Below, piece by piece: positions 38,231 to 51,448 of a stretch of DNA of 64,000 nt. Every line of letters starts with the position of its first letter. The first letter of the stretch is position 1. The notes under the pieces are model-generated. The model saw only the letters and a list, made by a program, of their open reading frames with translations, was not told the origin of the DNA and did not search any database. The position numbers were made by a program, and so were the translations under genes. Source of the stretch: Octopus vulgaris (taxonomy: Eukaryota); the NCBI GenBank assembly GCA_951406725.2, contig OX597827.1, positions 3,658,001 through 3,722,000 of the forward strand, given 5' to 3'.

Positions 38231-39188
38231 TATATATATATATATAAGTCAAAAATAAAAGGTTCCAAACAAGTCTTAACAAATTCATCTGTTTTTTTCT
38301 TTCTTTTTTAGGACAATAACAAAGACTATACGATTAAATGGCAATTTAATTTGTACAGCAAAACCATACAGACCTGGAACCAATAGCTGTGACCTCTGTT
38401 TAGAAGAATTTTACTGGATTTTCACATCCAAGGCTAATGTAATAAATTCTAGACAGGAACAAACATTGAGATCCTTGCACATAAAGAAATTCACATTTGC
38501 CAAGTGTAAATAAATAATTATAATTTAAACTATACAAGGTTTTGAAATGACGGACGGAAAATGATTATCCAATGAGAACTTGAAATAGAGATTGTTTGTG
38601 TCTGACTTAGAGGACCGCTCAAAATGATGCAACTCAGATTTTAGAATAGAAAATCATTAAATGGCCATACCGAGGGATACCAAGTTAAGACCCTTAAGAG
38701 ACTACACTGTTTTATAGTTGGGTTGCAATTGCAACGATTACTAATCAGTGCAATTGAAACTTGACATGTGAGTAAAACTCATGTCTGGAAACCTCTTAGC
38801 ATACTCAGATTGTTGAAAAAAAAAATCGATAATAGGGCCCCTGGAAGGGATCCTTATATATATCTAATATATTTTATTATAAAAAAATCATCTGTGCATG
38901 TTGTTCACCAAGAAATTGCAGAACCATCTTTATTGGACTCGAGAGACTACCATTAATATATATATTCTTTTATTTGTTTCACTCATTTGATTGCAGCCAT
39001 GCTGGAGCGCTACCTTGAAGGAGTTAATCGAACAAATTGATCCCAGGAGTTATTTTTTAAGCCCAGTACTTATTTTATCAGTCTCTTTTACTGAACTGCT
39101 AAGTTATGAAGATGTAAAACACACCAACACTGGTTGTCAAGCCATGATGGACACACACACACACACACACACGCATGCACACACACAT

Positions 39189-39222
<34 letters not shown>

Positions 39223-39858
39223 CACACACGCATGACAGGTTTCATTCAGTTTCCATCTACCAAATCCACTCACAAGGCTTTGGTTGGGCCAAGATGCCAC
39301 ACAGTGGGACTGAACCCAAAACCATGTGTTTGGGAAGCAACCTTTTTACCACCTAGCCACACCTGCACCTATAAAGAATTACACTATGAAAGTATATAAA
39401 GTTACATGTGTGTGGTTACATGTGTTGACATTTACGCATGTTTCTGTGAATGTAGCAACCTATAAATAGTGGAGTTGTTAACCTGTCTTGTTAATGAATC
39501 CCCTGCTCACTTGGTGCTTTCAAAGTCGATTTGGAATAAACAATTCCTTACTTTTAACACAATGATTAGTGACAGGAACACTCACCCAGCTACAAAAACA
39601 ATGCCTCAATAACAGCTCATCTAATCCATTCTGGTACAGGGAAACAGCTGCAAAGTTGAACAGTTGACTCCATCAGAACTCTGAGTTTCATCATCATCGC
39701 CATCATTGTCATCATCATCCTCATTATCATCATTTACTGTATTAAAGCAGGTTTTCGATGACAGGATGCTCTTCCTGTTGTCAGCCCTCACATGTTTCCA
39801 AACAAGATAATATTGCAAGGTATGTTTTTTACAGAACATTGGAAATGAATGATGCTGC

Positions 39859-40235
39859 TTAAGTTAAGTTAAGTTAAGTTAATTTTTTGGCTCAAAAAGC
39901 AAAAAGCAAGGCCATGTAGGGGGACATGGAGTTATGTACAAGGAGGGTGTTCATGCAAAGAGTTCAGGCCATTTCTGGTCAAGAGAGAGACTTTGAACCG
40001 AGTGGTCGTTGGCATCTTCACTATCTCGTCCAGCAGCTTATTCCACGGATCCGCAACGCGGATGGAGAAAGCCCCTCTCCTTCGATTGAGATGAAATCGT
40101 CACAGATAGAGCTTTTCGGAGTGACCCCGCAACCGATGCTCTGGAGCAGGAGTGAAGAACAGCTCTTTCGAGAGGTTACACTTTCCGCTTATGATGTTGT
40201 GAGCAAGAATGAGATCACCACGGTGTTGGCGTTTC
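39859..40235 (-). mobile_element. CR1-type LINE 3' fragment, copy 2, (TAACT)n tail
   Basis: Minus strand RQHRGDLILAHNIISGKCNLSKELFFTPAPEHRLRGHSEKLYL*RFHLNRRRGAFSIRVADPWNKL..FKVSLDQKWPELFA*; RGDLI, RGH.KL and FS.RV..WN.L are CR1 ORF2 C-terminal motifs. Confidence 0.88.
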
Positions 40236-43200
40236 TATGACAGTTACTCTTATTTGCAACTATCACATGAATTCAAGATAAGGACATGATATCCTAAAAT
40301 CAAGGTGCCACGTAAAAAGCACTGTGATGGTACCTCATAAGAAACACCCAGAACACTCTGTGGAGTGGTTGGCATTAGGAAGGGCATCCAGCTGTAAAAA
40401 CCAAGCCAGATCAGACTCTGGAACCTGGTATGGTCCCTGGCCTTGCCAGTTCTTGTCAAACTGTCCGTATCATACCACCATGGGAAACAAATGTTAAATG
40501 TCAATGATGATGATGATGACACACACACACACACACATACACGTGCAAGCGTGTACACATACAAACACACACACACACACACACACATGCATGCATGCAC
40601 GTATATGATTGCCTTTCAGTTTCTATCTTCCAAATCCATTCTCACAAGGCTTTGTTTGGTATATTGCTGAAAACATTTTATTAGAAGTCACTTACCCTAG
40701 GTGCTGTGCAGTGGGACTGAACCCATAACCATGTGGTTGGGTAGCAAACTTCTTGACCACACTCCCACACTGTATATATGTGGTGCTCTTTCTATCATTT
40801 TGCACGTTTAAATGTGTCTGTGTCTTTAGGTCTTTAATTTGATGTCTAGCCATCTCAGTCAGGCCAAAGCTATGCTTTCACATTAACCACTCACAACATA
40901 AACACACACACACAAAAGTATATCCACAGAGGCACATTTCTGAGTGGGTTGCATATGTTTATGTTTGTTTGTGTGTGCATGCACATGTGACTGTATTGGT
41001 CCCCCCCACCCACTGCTTGACAACTGATACTGGTTTCTTTTCATCCTCATAACTTAGAAGTACATCAAAAGAGACTGATAGAATATGTAGCAGACTTGAA
41101 AAGAAAGTAAGTGCTGGGGTTAATTTCTTCGAGTAAGCCCTTCAAGGTGGTGCTCCAGCATGGCCAAAGTCCAATGACTGAAACAAGTAGAAAGATAAAA
41201 ATAATAGTCAATGCCTGCACTGAGTTTGAACTCATAACTTTGGTGTTAAACACTGCATGCTAGCAATCATCATCATCATCATCATCGTTTAACGTCTGTT
41301 CTCCATGCTAGCATGGGTTGGACGGTTCGACCGGGGATCTGGGAAGCCAGAAGGCTGCACCAGGCTCCGGTCTTATCTGGCAATGTTTCTACAGCTGGAT
41401 GCCCTTCCTAACGCCTTACAATCCATGTAATTTTTGTTTTCCTTAGATTTAAACTGTTTTGTTTTTCAACTCATTTCTAACCCCATTCATAGAGAACAAT
41501 AGATTGTCAATGGGACAATGAGTGGTTCACTATACTTGTGGCCAGACTGTCAAGGGGAGTGTTTGTAAATTGATGCAGAGCAAACATACCAAAGAATTTC
41601 ATTTGAAGAACATCAATGCTTTCGGTTTTCTTGTGAGTGCTTATACAAGTAAGAAGTTTGCTTCCCCAAAACATGGTCTTGGGTTCAGATCCCCTGCGTG
41701 GTACCTTGGGCAAGAGTCTTCTATTACATTAGGTAGCTCAAAGCGTTCTGAGTGGATTTGGTGGACAGAAACTGAAAGAAGCCTGTCACATGCATCGGAA
41801 AACTTGAAACATCAATGTCTGAGATTCCCGAGAGATGGCGACACTCAACGAACTGGGTGTCTTCACACCTTTTTACCATAAGAGAGATTTTTGTCTCCAT
41901 GGTAACTGCAGTATATTTGGCTTTAGCAGATGAAATATGTGACAAACATATTTCAACTAACCAAAATTGTGATTATACATAAACACTTCTTTGTGCCTAT
42001 GCTCCGTTTATATATATAATACACACACACACACATATATATTCACTTAATATGGTTTTGGTTACGGGTGGTCAGAGAGTGACCGTTGGTTTCACACCCC
42101 TCAAGTTGACCAACAAGTCTGATGAGTCACCTACACCGCTATGAACTTAACTTTATGGTTGAAAAACTAAGGGTCGCTCCCACTGGCCACAACCAACAGC
42201 CTTTTAAGTATTACTGCCCTAAAATCTTTAGAGTCTGCTTCTTTTCGGATATATGAACTACTGACCAAATATATATATGTCTTTCATGTTTGTTTTCCCA
42301 CTTCTGCTTCAGATATCAGCTGTTGGTTGACTTACATCACCATTATTTAGCCGTTTGGTTAAAGAGACTGATAGAATAAGCACTAGGCTTACAAAGAAAA
42401 TTAAATACTTATGTACTGGGATAAATTTGTTCAATTAAATCCTTCAAGGTGATGCCCCAGCTTGGCCATGACTGAGACAAAAGAGATAAATACACTTAGG
42501 ATATTGTTATATTCTTTGCTTAATATTACCAGCTGGCAAGTGTTATCTAAAAGGCTGTCTTAAAAGGATCTCCATAAGTGACTCCCACTGGAAATATCTG
42601 TCAGACATAAGAAGCCGTAGTAGTTATCAAGTTTTTAATGAAGACGTAAACAATTAGCAAAATCATTGATGAATGACAGTTTTTGTGTATTTGTAAGTGT
42701 GTTTCTATATGTATGTTTTTCTCTGAGTGTGTGTCTTTGAGTGTGTTTATGTGTGTGTATGTACGTACATGTATGTGTGCTTGTGTGTGTATATGTCTAT
42801 TTGTACATTTATATGTGTATACTCATGACCATCTTTCTATATTTCTGAGTGTGTGTGTGTGTATGCATATATATGTGCGGATGTATATATATGTGTGTCA
42901 TTCCACACATGCCTGTACGTATGTGTGCATGTGTTTGCATGATTGCTACTGCACATATGTGTTTATATATCTGTATCTTTCTCACTCTCTCTATATCTAT
43001 CTATCTATCTATATATCTATCTCTGCCTGTCCGTCAGTCCATCTATTCATCTATCTATCTACCTACCTACCTATCTATCTATAGAGGGCAGTGCTACTGT
43101 TGTTTTTATCCCTTGGAAAACATCTCCTCCAGCTGGCCAACAACAAGTAGTGTTTGTCCGATTAGTATTTGCGAGGGGGAACATCGCTCCCATCTCTATG

Positions 43201-44207
43201 TGTGTGTGTGTGTATTTGTGTTTGTGTTTGTGCCCCTGTCACTGTTTGACAACTGGTGTTGGTGTGTTTAATATCCTTGTAACTTAGTGGTTCAGCAAAA
43301 TAGACCAATAGAATAAGTACTAGGTTCAATAAATAAGTCCTGGAGTTGACTTGTTCAACTAAAAACAGCCTTCAGGGCAGTGCTCCAGCATAGCCACAGT
43401 CAAATGAGTCAACTGAGTGAAACAAATAAAAGAATAAAAGAATAGTTGAGTGTGATTTGAGGGAGATTTAGCTGCTCTTTTGAGTGAACACATAATGGTG
43501 TACGTGTAACAGACACAAACACAATCACACGTAACACATGTTTGCATATGCATGTGTGTGTCTGCCGGCAAGTTGACTTGTTTCTTATATGTCCAGTTAC
43601 AAAGTAACATATTGACATAGTGACATACAAGCATGGCTGTATGGTTAGGAAGCTTGCTTTGCAATCATGCGGTTTCAGGTTCATTCCCACTCTGCGACAC
43701 TTTGGTCAAAAGCGTCTTTCTGCAATGGCACCAGGTTGACCAATACCATGTGAACGAATTTGGTTGACGGAAACTGTGCAGAAGACTGTCATGTGTACGT
43801 GTGTGTATGTCTTTGTGTCTGCCTTTGTCCTTTCCTACCAACTGGCATTGGGTTTTTGCATGTAAGTGTGACTTAGTGGTTCAGCAAAAAAAATAAAAAA
43901 AAATATCAGGCTTAAAAATTTATAAGTACTGAGGTTCATTTGGTTGACTAAAGCTCTTCCAAGGCAGAGCTCCAGCATGGGCATAGTCCAAGGACTGACA
44001 CAAATGAAAGATTGCATGCACACACACACACACACACATACATACACACAAACACATACATACATACATACATACATACATACGGCAGAGGTGAGTTGGC
44101 AAAGTGGATGGGGTACCAGACTAGCTGAGCAGAGATCAACAGTTCAAATCTACAGATGTTTTGTGTGCTTATTTGTGAATGTGTATGCATATGGATATAC
44201 TCATGTG

Positions 44208-44241
<34 letters not shown>

Positions 44242-44245
<4 letters not shown>

Positions 44246-44430
44246 ATCCAAACAAGAAAGCACAAAAAAACACAACAACTCGAGGACGTGGAACAAATAT
44301 AGTATTATTGGACTATAAGGAAAGAAGGAGGGTTTAATGTTTCGAGCGGAGCTCTTCGTCGGAAACATAGGAGAAGGGAAGACAGAGGAAAAAAAAATCG
44401 CCAACGGTACACACACGGTCACATTTTGAA
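44242..44430 (-). mobile_element. Dispersed 200-bp repeat, probable Penelope-like element terminal fragment, copy 2
   Basis: Aligns with 18583-18788 from gttaatccaaa to gtcacattttgaa; hammerhead-like motif at 44332-44366. Confidence 0.6.
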
Positions 44431-45119
44431 TGTGTATGTATATATATATACATATATATATATATATACATATATATATGTATATACATATATATATATA
44501 TATGTTTGGGTTTATGTGTGTGTTGGTGTGCATGTCTTTGTGCACACAATTTATTTTGTTTGCCAGTTGCAAATATGCACATATGCACACATTCTCTCTC
44601 TCTCTCTGTCACACACACACATACACAAAGTTCCTCTTTTTTCCTTTTTCATTCTCTCGCTCTCCCTCTCTCTCACACATACACACACAGGTCTTAGGGA
44701 ACAATGAGAGGAGGCAGTTAAATTCATATTTACACTTGCACATACACACACACACACATTTATACATAAATAACACTGATTTAGAATAATAATGGAAGGT
44801 GTGTATGTGTGTGTGTATGGATTTTTTTTCTACTGTTTCACAGAGGGAAAGGCAGCATCTGTGTAAACCCAAACTGTTTTTATTTATAGGTTTATTTTGT
44901 CAACCTCCAGAGCTAATGAGAAGAAAAGTGGAGAATGTCCCCGCCACCCGAAATGGAGGCCTAGTCTGAATGTTTGCAGTATTGCAAGCTCCACCAAAGG
45001 CTTTCAGTGATCAAGGATCATGTGATGTATTGATCATGTGATGGTGTTGGTCATGTGATGACAGCACATTCAGTTTATCACCCAAGGACTCACGATGCAA
45101 AAAATCCTGAAATAATTAC

Positions 45120-45357
45120 CTATTTCTTTACTACCCACAAGGGGCTAAACACAGAGGGGACAAACAAGGACAGACAAAGGGATAAAATTAATTACATCGA
45201 CTCCAGTGCGTTACTGGTACTTAATAATTTATCGACCCCGAAAGGATGAGAAGGCAAAGTCGACCTCAGCGGAATTTGAACTCAGAACGTAACGGCAGAC
45301 AAAATACGGCTATGCATTTTGCCCGGCATGCTAACGGTTCTGCCAGCTTGTCACCCT
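45120..45357 (-). mobile_element. SINE family A, full length
   Basis: Reverse complement of 58241-58473; a similar flank (aaatcctgaaataat) appears on both sides, at about 45102-45116 and 45358-45372, a possible TSD. Confidence 0.9.
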
Positions 45358-46155
45358 AAATCCTGAAATAATGACCATAAGGCTACTTGTCTTTTCCAAC
45401 CTCTATAACAATTTTTCTGTTTTTCAATGACCCCTGAAAGGATGAAAGGTAAAGTTGGCCTTGGTAAGATTTGAACTAAGGATGCAAAGAACCAGAATGG
45501 TTACTGCAAAACACTTTGTTCTATGCTATAGCAATTCTGCCAATTCTTTGCATATGCATGCGTTGATGAATGTTGTTCTATACAGAAAATAGCTCCAGGA
45601 AGCCAGGAACTTGATTACAATTTTTAAGGCAGGTGGGTGATAAATTTAGCCTTGGGTTGGGCACAAGTCTACTACAGGTAATGATTAATTATGCTCTGTC
45701 ACCCATACTCACATAGAAGCATTTGTTACATATGTATTCACACCCATGTATATTATCTCACTAACGTACACAGATTTACACACATGCATACACACACAGG
45801 GACAAATATGTATATATGTATATATATATATATATGCATACATAAATGCCCACATTTACAGACACACACATACATACACAAAAATACACACTTACACAAA
45901 CACACAATCATACACACACATATATACTTCCATAACACATACACGTACACACACACCTACACACCTACACACACACACACACACACACAAAGAGAAAACT
46001 ATGATTGCTTGCCCTGCTAGAAAGAGCGGCAAAATCTTCTTGGAATCTTATCCAGCCATCTTAAATTTGGAAGGACACATATAATATGCAATGGCTAGAT
46101 TACCTTTGTTCAAAGATCTACTTGATCTAGGCTGGCTGGCCTGGGGTTTTATAGC

Positions 46156-46187
<32 letters not shown>

Positions 46188-46798
46188 AAAGCACACACAT
46201 AAAAGAGTAAGTGCATCTGTATTGCATGTCATCTACAGTTAATATATGCACATACATTCATGTGCAACAATACAGCCATATGCACATTAATGCCCGTGCA
46301 CATGTACATTTGCATATCAACACACAGGCATGGTGATGGTGGTGGAGTTGGTCATTGTGATGGTGGCAGTGGTGGTGGTAGTGGTTGTCACAGTGGTGGT
46401 GAAGATAGGAGGTAAATGATGAGTATGATGATGATGATGGTGAGGAGGAGGGGTAGTTAGATGTGTAAACAACAGCATTGAGTTGTTGGGTCACCACTTC
46501 ATGAAGTGATATATGTGTGTTTGTATATGTGAGAGTGTATGTGTGTGTGTGTGTGTGTAGGAGTTGCGTATATAGTAAATATTTTAAGCGCGTTCATGTA
46601 TGTGTGTGTATTTTTTTTAAGGATATGTGTATGTACATTACATATGCGTACATGTATGTTTTGAAGTATCTGTTAGTATGAATAAAAACCATGCCCATAA
46701 TCACGTGCATACATGCATTCACATACATACACACACATACATATACATACATCCACATCATATTTCAAACAACGTATGTGTAGATATATATGCATGTG

Positions 46799-46844
<46 letters not shown>

Positions 46845-47489
46845 TATACATATACAAATATGTACATAAGTATGCATACACTCAGTTTTGCCTGTGTGTG
46901 TGAGTGGGCATTAACAAATGGCCATACACACAACTATGTGTAGAAGTATAGATTTTTGTGCGAAATATGCATGTTTGCATTATTTATTAAATCAAAATGA
47001 TTCATGACAAATGGCCATATGTTTTGCTTTACGAACAAATGGAGAAATGAGATACCTTATTGAATTTAAAGTTAAGGGATGTAATATTTGAGAAGAAAGG
47101 TTTTTTTAAATGTAGATAAAATTTCATATTTAATTTTATATTTAACCAAGGTGTGGTTTTGTAGTTAAGGAGCTTGTTTCCCAACCATCTGGTCTTGGGT
47201 TCAGTCCCACTACATGGCACCTTGAGCAGTAGGCACCTGAAATCACATGGCTGGAGAGCAAGCTTCTTAACTACAGTTATGCTTGTGCTCATGATTAATG
47301 TTATTAATTAACACCATTTAGACAATTATTATTAATTTTATTATTAACTTTCTACAAATTTCCTTCCACTCTCCTTACTTGTAGAAAAAACATTTCTGAA
47401 AAAACATTAAAACATTAAACAAACTCAATGGTAACTTTGCATTACACATGCAACTTGGTCTCTACGATTTACTGAAGTCCTTAATAATG

Positions 47490-48155
47490 ATAATCCTTTC
47501 TACCAAAGGCACAAAGCCTTTACATCGATACCAGTATTTCACTGGTACTTAATTTATTGACCTCGAAAGGATGACAGGCAAAGTCAACCTCAGTAGAATT
47601 TGAACTCAGAACGTAGCACCGAGCGAAATACTACTAAGCATTTGTCCAGCATGCTAAAGTTTCTGCCAGCCCAATGCCTTCTTAATGATAATAATAATCC
47701 TTTCTACTTAAGGTACAAGTCCTGAAATTTGGTGTGGTGGGTGGGGACTAGTCAATTACATCGACCCCAGTGTTTCACTGGTACTTAATTTATCGATCCT
47801 AAACAGGTGAAAAGCAAAGTCGACCTCAGTGGAATTTGAACTTAGAATGTAGCAATGAGCAAAATACCGCTAAGCATTTTATCTAGCTAGCTAACAATTC
47901 TGCCAGCTTGCTGCCTTAATAGTAACAACAATAATGGTTTCAAATTTTGGCACAAGGCCAGCAGTTTTTGAGGGGGGCGGCAGTAAGTCAATTGCATTGA
48001 CCCCAGTGTTCAACTGGTACTTATTTTATTGACCCTAAAAGGATGAAAGGCAAATTCAAGCTCAACAGAATTTGAACTCAATACATAAATACGAACGAAA
48101 TATCACTAGTCATTTTTGTCTGGTGTGCTAATGATTCTGCCAGAGTGCTGCCTTA
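47490..48155 (-). mobile_element. Three tandem head-to-tail SINE family A copies
   Basis: gaatttgaact.a core at about 47596, 47832, 48068, each unit preceded by an (AAT)-rich spacer. Confidence 0.88.
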
Positions 48156-48347
48156 ATAATCTATATACTATACTGGAGAAAGCTGCTTATTAATTAGGTA
48201 TGTAACAATTATTAAAAGTACTAAAAGAAAGCAATTATTAAAGGGTTGAGCATCTGGAAATATTTTTATAAATTCCTGTTCTAGGAAATTTCCTATACTT
48301 TCAATTTCTCAAGTTTATTGAATTTTTTAAACTCCAATTTCTTGCAA

Positions 48348-48496
48348 ATTTAAATATTCATTGCATTCACTGCGTCCAATTCTTAACAGATTTAAATATT
48401 CATTGTATTCACTGCGTCCAATTCTTAACAGATTTAAATATTCATTGTATTCACTGCGTCCAATTCTTAACAGATTTAAATATTCATTGCTTTCAC
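48348..48496. repeat. 42-bp minisatellite, about 3.5 copies
   Basis: atttaaatattcattgYattcactgcgtccaattcttaacag starts at 48348, 48390, 48432, 48474. Confidence 0.95.
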
Positions 48497-49812
48497 TACA
48501 GAGTATTCCATTTTTATTTGCAAAGTCTCTCACTGTCTCTTTTAAGTTTTAATTTGTTATTTGGGAAACCAATAGTTTATTCTATTAATGTATACGTAGT
48601 GTAAAAATATTATTTATTGAATGAAAATTTTAAAAGATATCTGTTCAATTTTTGAACACATGATAGGTGTGAGAAGGGCCTAGAAAGCTGGGTAATTACT
48701 ATTAGAAGACGAGGAGAAAAAAGTACTCAAAATTTGCACCTTATTCACAATTTCCAAACATTCTATTCCACTAAGCCAATGTATATACAAATTGAGTGAC
48801 TTCAACAGTGACACACACACACACACACACACATCAATACACACTCACACACATGCAAAGATACATATACATACAAATGAAAGGCAATGAATGTGTGTGT
48901 GTGCATGTGTGTGTGTGTGTGTGTGTGTATGTGCTCACTGACAAAACTTCGTGCTGCATCACTTTTGTGAAGTTTTGTTAGTAAACAGGTCGCAGTTTCA
49001 AACACAAATGAAATTTTAATGCTGAAGTGAAACTGGTACTGCTTGAGTACGGTTGTTACGTTCAAAACATTTTTAATGTACACTGTGTGGACATGTAATG
49101 ACACCGTAGCCCTAACCCTAACAAACCCTAACCCTAAAAACTACCCCCCCCCTTTATATCATTACATATAGATGCATTAGGACCTCTGTATTTAAGAAGT
49201 GCTGTGAAACTAATGGGTTTTGTGTGTTCTTGAATTGCTTATGCTGCAATTGTGTTTGTTTCAGCACACGATCTCAGATCAAGTGACTTGCTATGCAAGT
49301 ATGTCTCTGTAATTTTTAAAAATCACTGTGGATAAATGGTAGCAATGACCATCTCAGGCTCTCCAATATTTTAATTTCTAAACAGAAACTATCGAGGGTA
49401 GAAAATGGGGTTGCAAAAATTCCATAATTTCTCAAATTTTCTTTTTTATAGCATATAAATATATTTATGGGGAAAAAATGTTGTAAAGCATTAATACATG
49501 CAAGAGTGATAAAAGAACAAGAAGGTTTGTCTTTGGACGTGCTAGAAATAACAGCCAACTCGCCCTTCACTCACTTTTCCTGATGAAAATATTAACAATT
49601 TAAAAAATCTTTTTACCGAAAATGTTCTTCCCATGGTTTTGAAGTGTAAAAAAAAAATTGGCCAAAATAGATCAAGAGTGAGATGATGAGGGAGGGGGTG
49701 GGATGTAAAAAAAGAGTTTTCAAAACTTTTTCATACAAAGATGCCCTTCTTCCCCTCAACCCCACCATTTCGAAGGCTATGGATTAAAAAAAAAATGGGG
49801 GGAAATCCCTGA

Positions 49813-50083
49813 AAAAATTTTCCCCACAAATTTCTTTATAATCTTAATCTATGCTGTTTGAAAGGGATTTGTATAAATTTTAATTAAAAGATACCCATCT
49901 TTCTGAAAGTTATGAGGGAAAAAAGTCAGATCATGTGAATTTAAAACTCCTCTCTCCACCCCCTCGAAAAATTTTTCCCATAAATCCCTATATACTCTGA
50001 AGCCATAACATCTAAGAGGTATTTTTAGAAAATTTTGTTAAAAAGTATCCATTTTTCTGGATGTTATGAGGCAACAAAGTCAG
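49813..50083. repeat. Degenerate direct repeat, period about 154 bp, probably inside an old DNA transposon
   Basis: aaaaatttt.ccca.aaat...aaag.ta.ccat.tttctg.a.gttatgagg.aa.aaagtcag at 49813-49929 and 49967-50083. Confidence 0.6.
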
Positions 50084-50529
50084 GGGTGTATACATCTGTA
50101 GTAATATTCTTTTATTTATATGATTGTTTTGTTACATATTTATTTCATTCATTGTTTGCAATGTTCTCTCTCCCCCCCTCTCTCTCACACATACTGCAAA
50201 GCTTACAGATGGACTGCTGAACTGAGATCTCTATGTTGCTTTGAGGGGAAGGTAAAACTTGACAAATGGCTTCTCCCTCTGTTGTTGGACTACCGCAATG
50301 TTTGCTTAAAAATGAGAGATTATCACTGTGATAATCTCTCACAAAGTTCTATATATCTTGATATGAGATCACCATGTTGTGCACATATGGTTGTGATGCA
50401 TGTACCTGGTGTACCCTTATCAGACGGGTAGTCATGATGGGTATACTGGGCTTCCTATATTTTATATCAGTGTCACTTTGATGGCATGTACTGCTCTCTC
50501 ACTCAATGATATAATAAAACAATTATAAT

Positions 50530-50760
50530 AATAGTTTTCAAATTTTGACACAAACCAGCAATTTCAGGGGAGCATTTAATCATTTACACTAACACCAGTT
50601 CACCACTGGTACTTATTTCATTATTTTATTAATTCCGGAAAGATGAACAATAAAGTTGCTCTCCGTAGGATTTAAACTTAGAATATAAAGAGCTGGAACA
50701 AATACCACAAGGCACTTTTTCCCTGATGCTCTTATGATTCTGTCAATCCAACTACCTTTA

Positions 50761-50824
<64 letters not shown>

Positions 50825-51040
50825 GTTTCAAATTTTGGCACAAACCAGCGTTTTTGAGAAAGGGATCAAGTCAATTACACCAACACCAGTGCTTAACTGG
50901 TATTTATTTCATTATTTCATCAGCCCTTAAAGGATGTAAAACAAAGTTGACCTAGGTGGAATTTGAACTCACAGCATAAAGATGAACGAAATGCTGATAA
51001 ACATTTTGTCTAGCATGGTAACAATTCTGCCAGTCCATGC
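50530..51040 (-). mobile_element. Two diverged SINE family A copies separated by (AAT)n
   Basis: Both begin tttcaaattttg.cacaaaccagc and contain ctggta.ttatttcattatttt; (AAT)n at 50761-50823. Confidence 0.75.
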
Positions 51041-51068
51041 TTCATTATTATTATTGTTGTTGTTTTTG

Positions 51069-51105
<37 letters not shown>

Positions 51106-51316
51106 CAATAATGATAATAAATGATGCTGCTGTTGATGATGATGATGATGTTTATGATGATAGTGGTAATGGTTATTGAGTATTGATTTCTGTGCATTTA
51201 TTTATATTATATTTTATTTATATTCATGTATCATGTGATATGAAATATCACACAATATATTTGTCAGCAATGAGATATCCAAGCCCACATAGTAAAACAA
51301 TGATAACTCTGTGTGT

Positions 51317-51353
<37 letters not shown>

Positions 51354-51364
51354 CATACATATAT

Positions 51365-51395
<31 letters not shown>

Positions 51396-51396
51396 G

Positions 51397-51448
<52 letters not shown>

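Noticed and set aside
38768-38956. ORF with RAPGRDP..FIIKK.SSVH resembling the N-terminal region of a non-LTR reverse transcriptase
   Set aside because: Too degenerate to assign without a profile search.
39926-40240. 104-aa plus-strand ORF
   Set aside because: It is the antisense frame of the CR1 fragment; the real homology is on the minus strand.
41927-41958. cagatga-aatatgt-gacaa-acatatt hairpin resembling a hammerhead stem II
   Set aside because: Both catalytic boxes are mismatched; only a 9-bp hairpin is supported.
48327-48552. Repetitive ORFs (SEYNEYLNLLRIGR) and a CRISPR-like look
   Set aside because: Pure tandem 42-mer without spacers; eukaryotic context; no cas genes.
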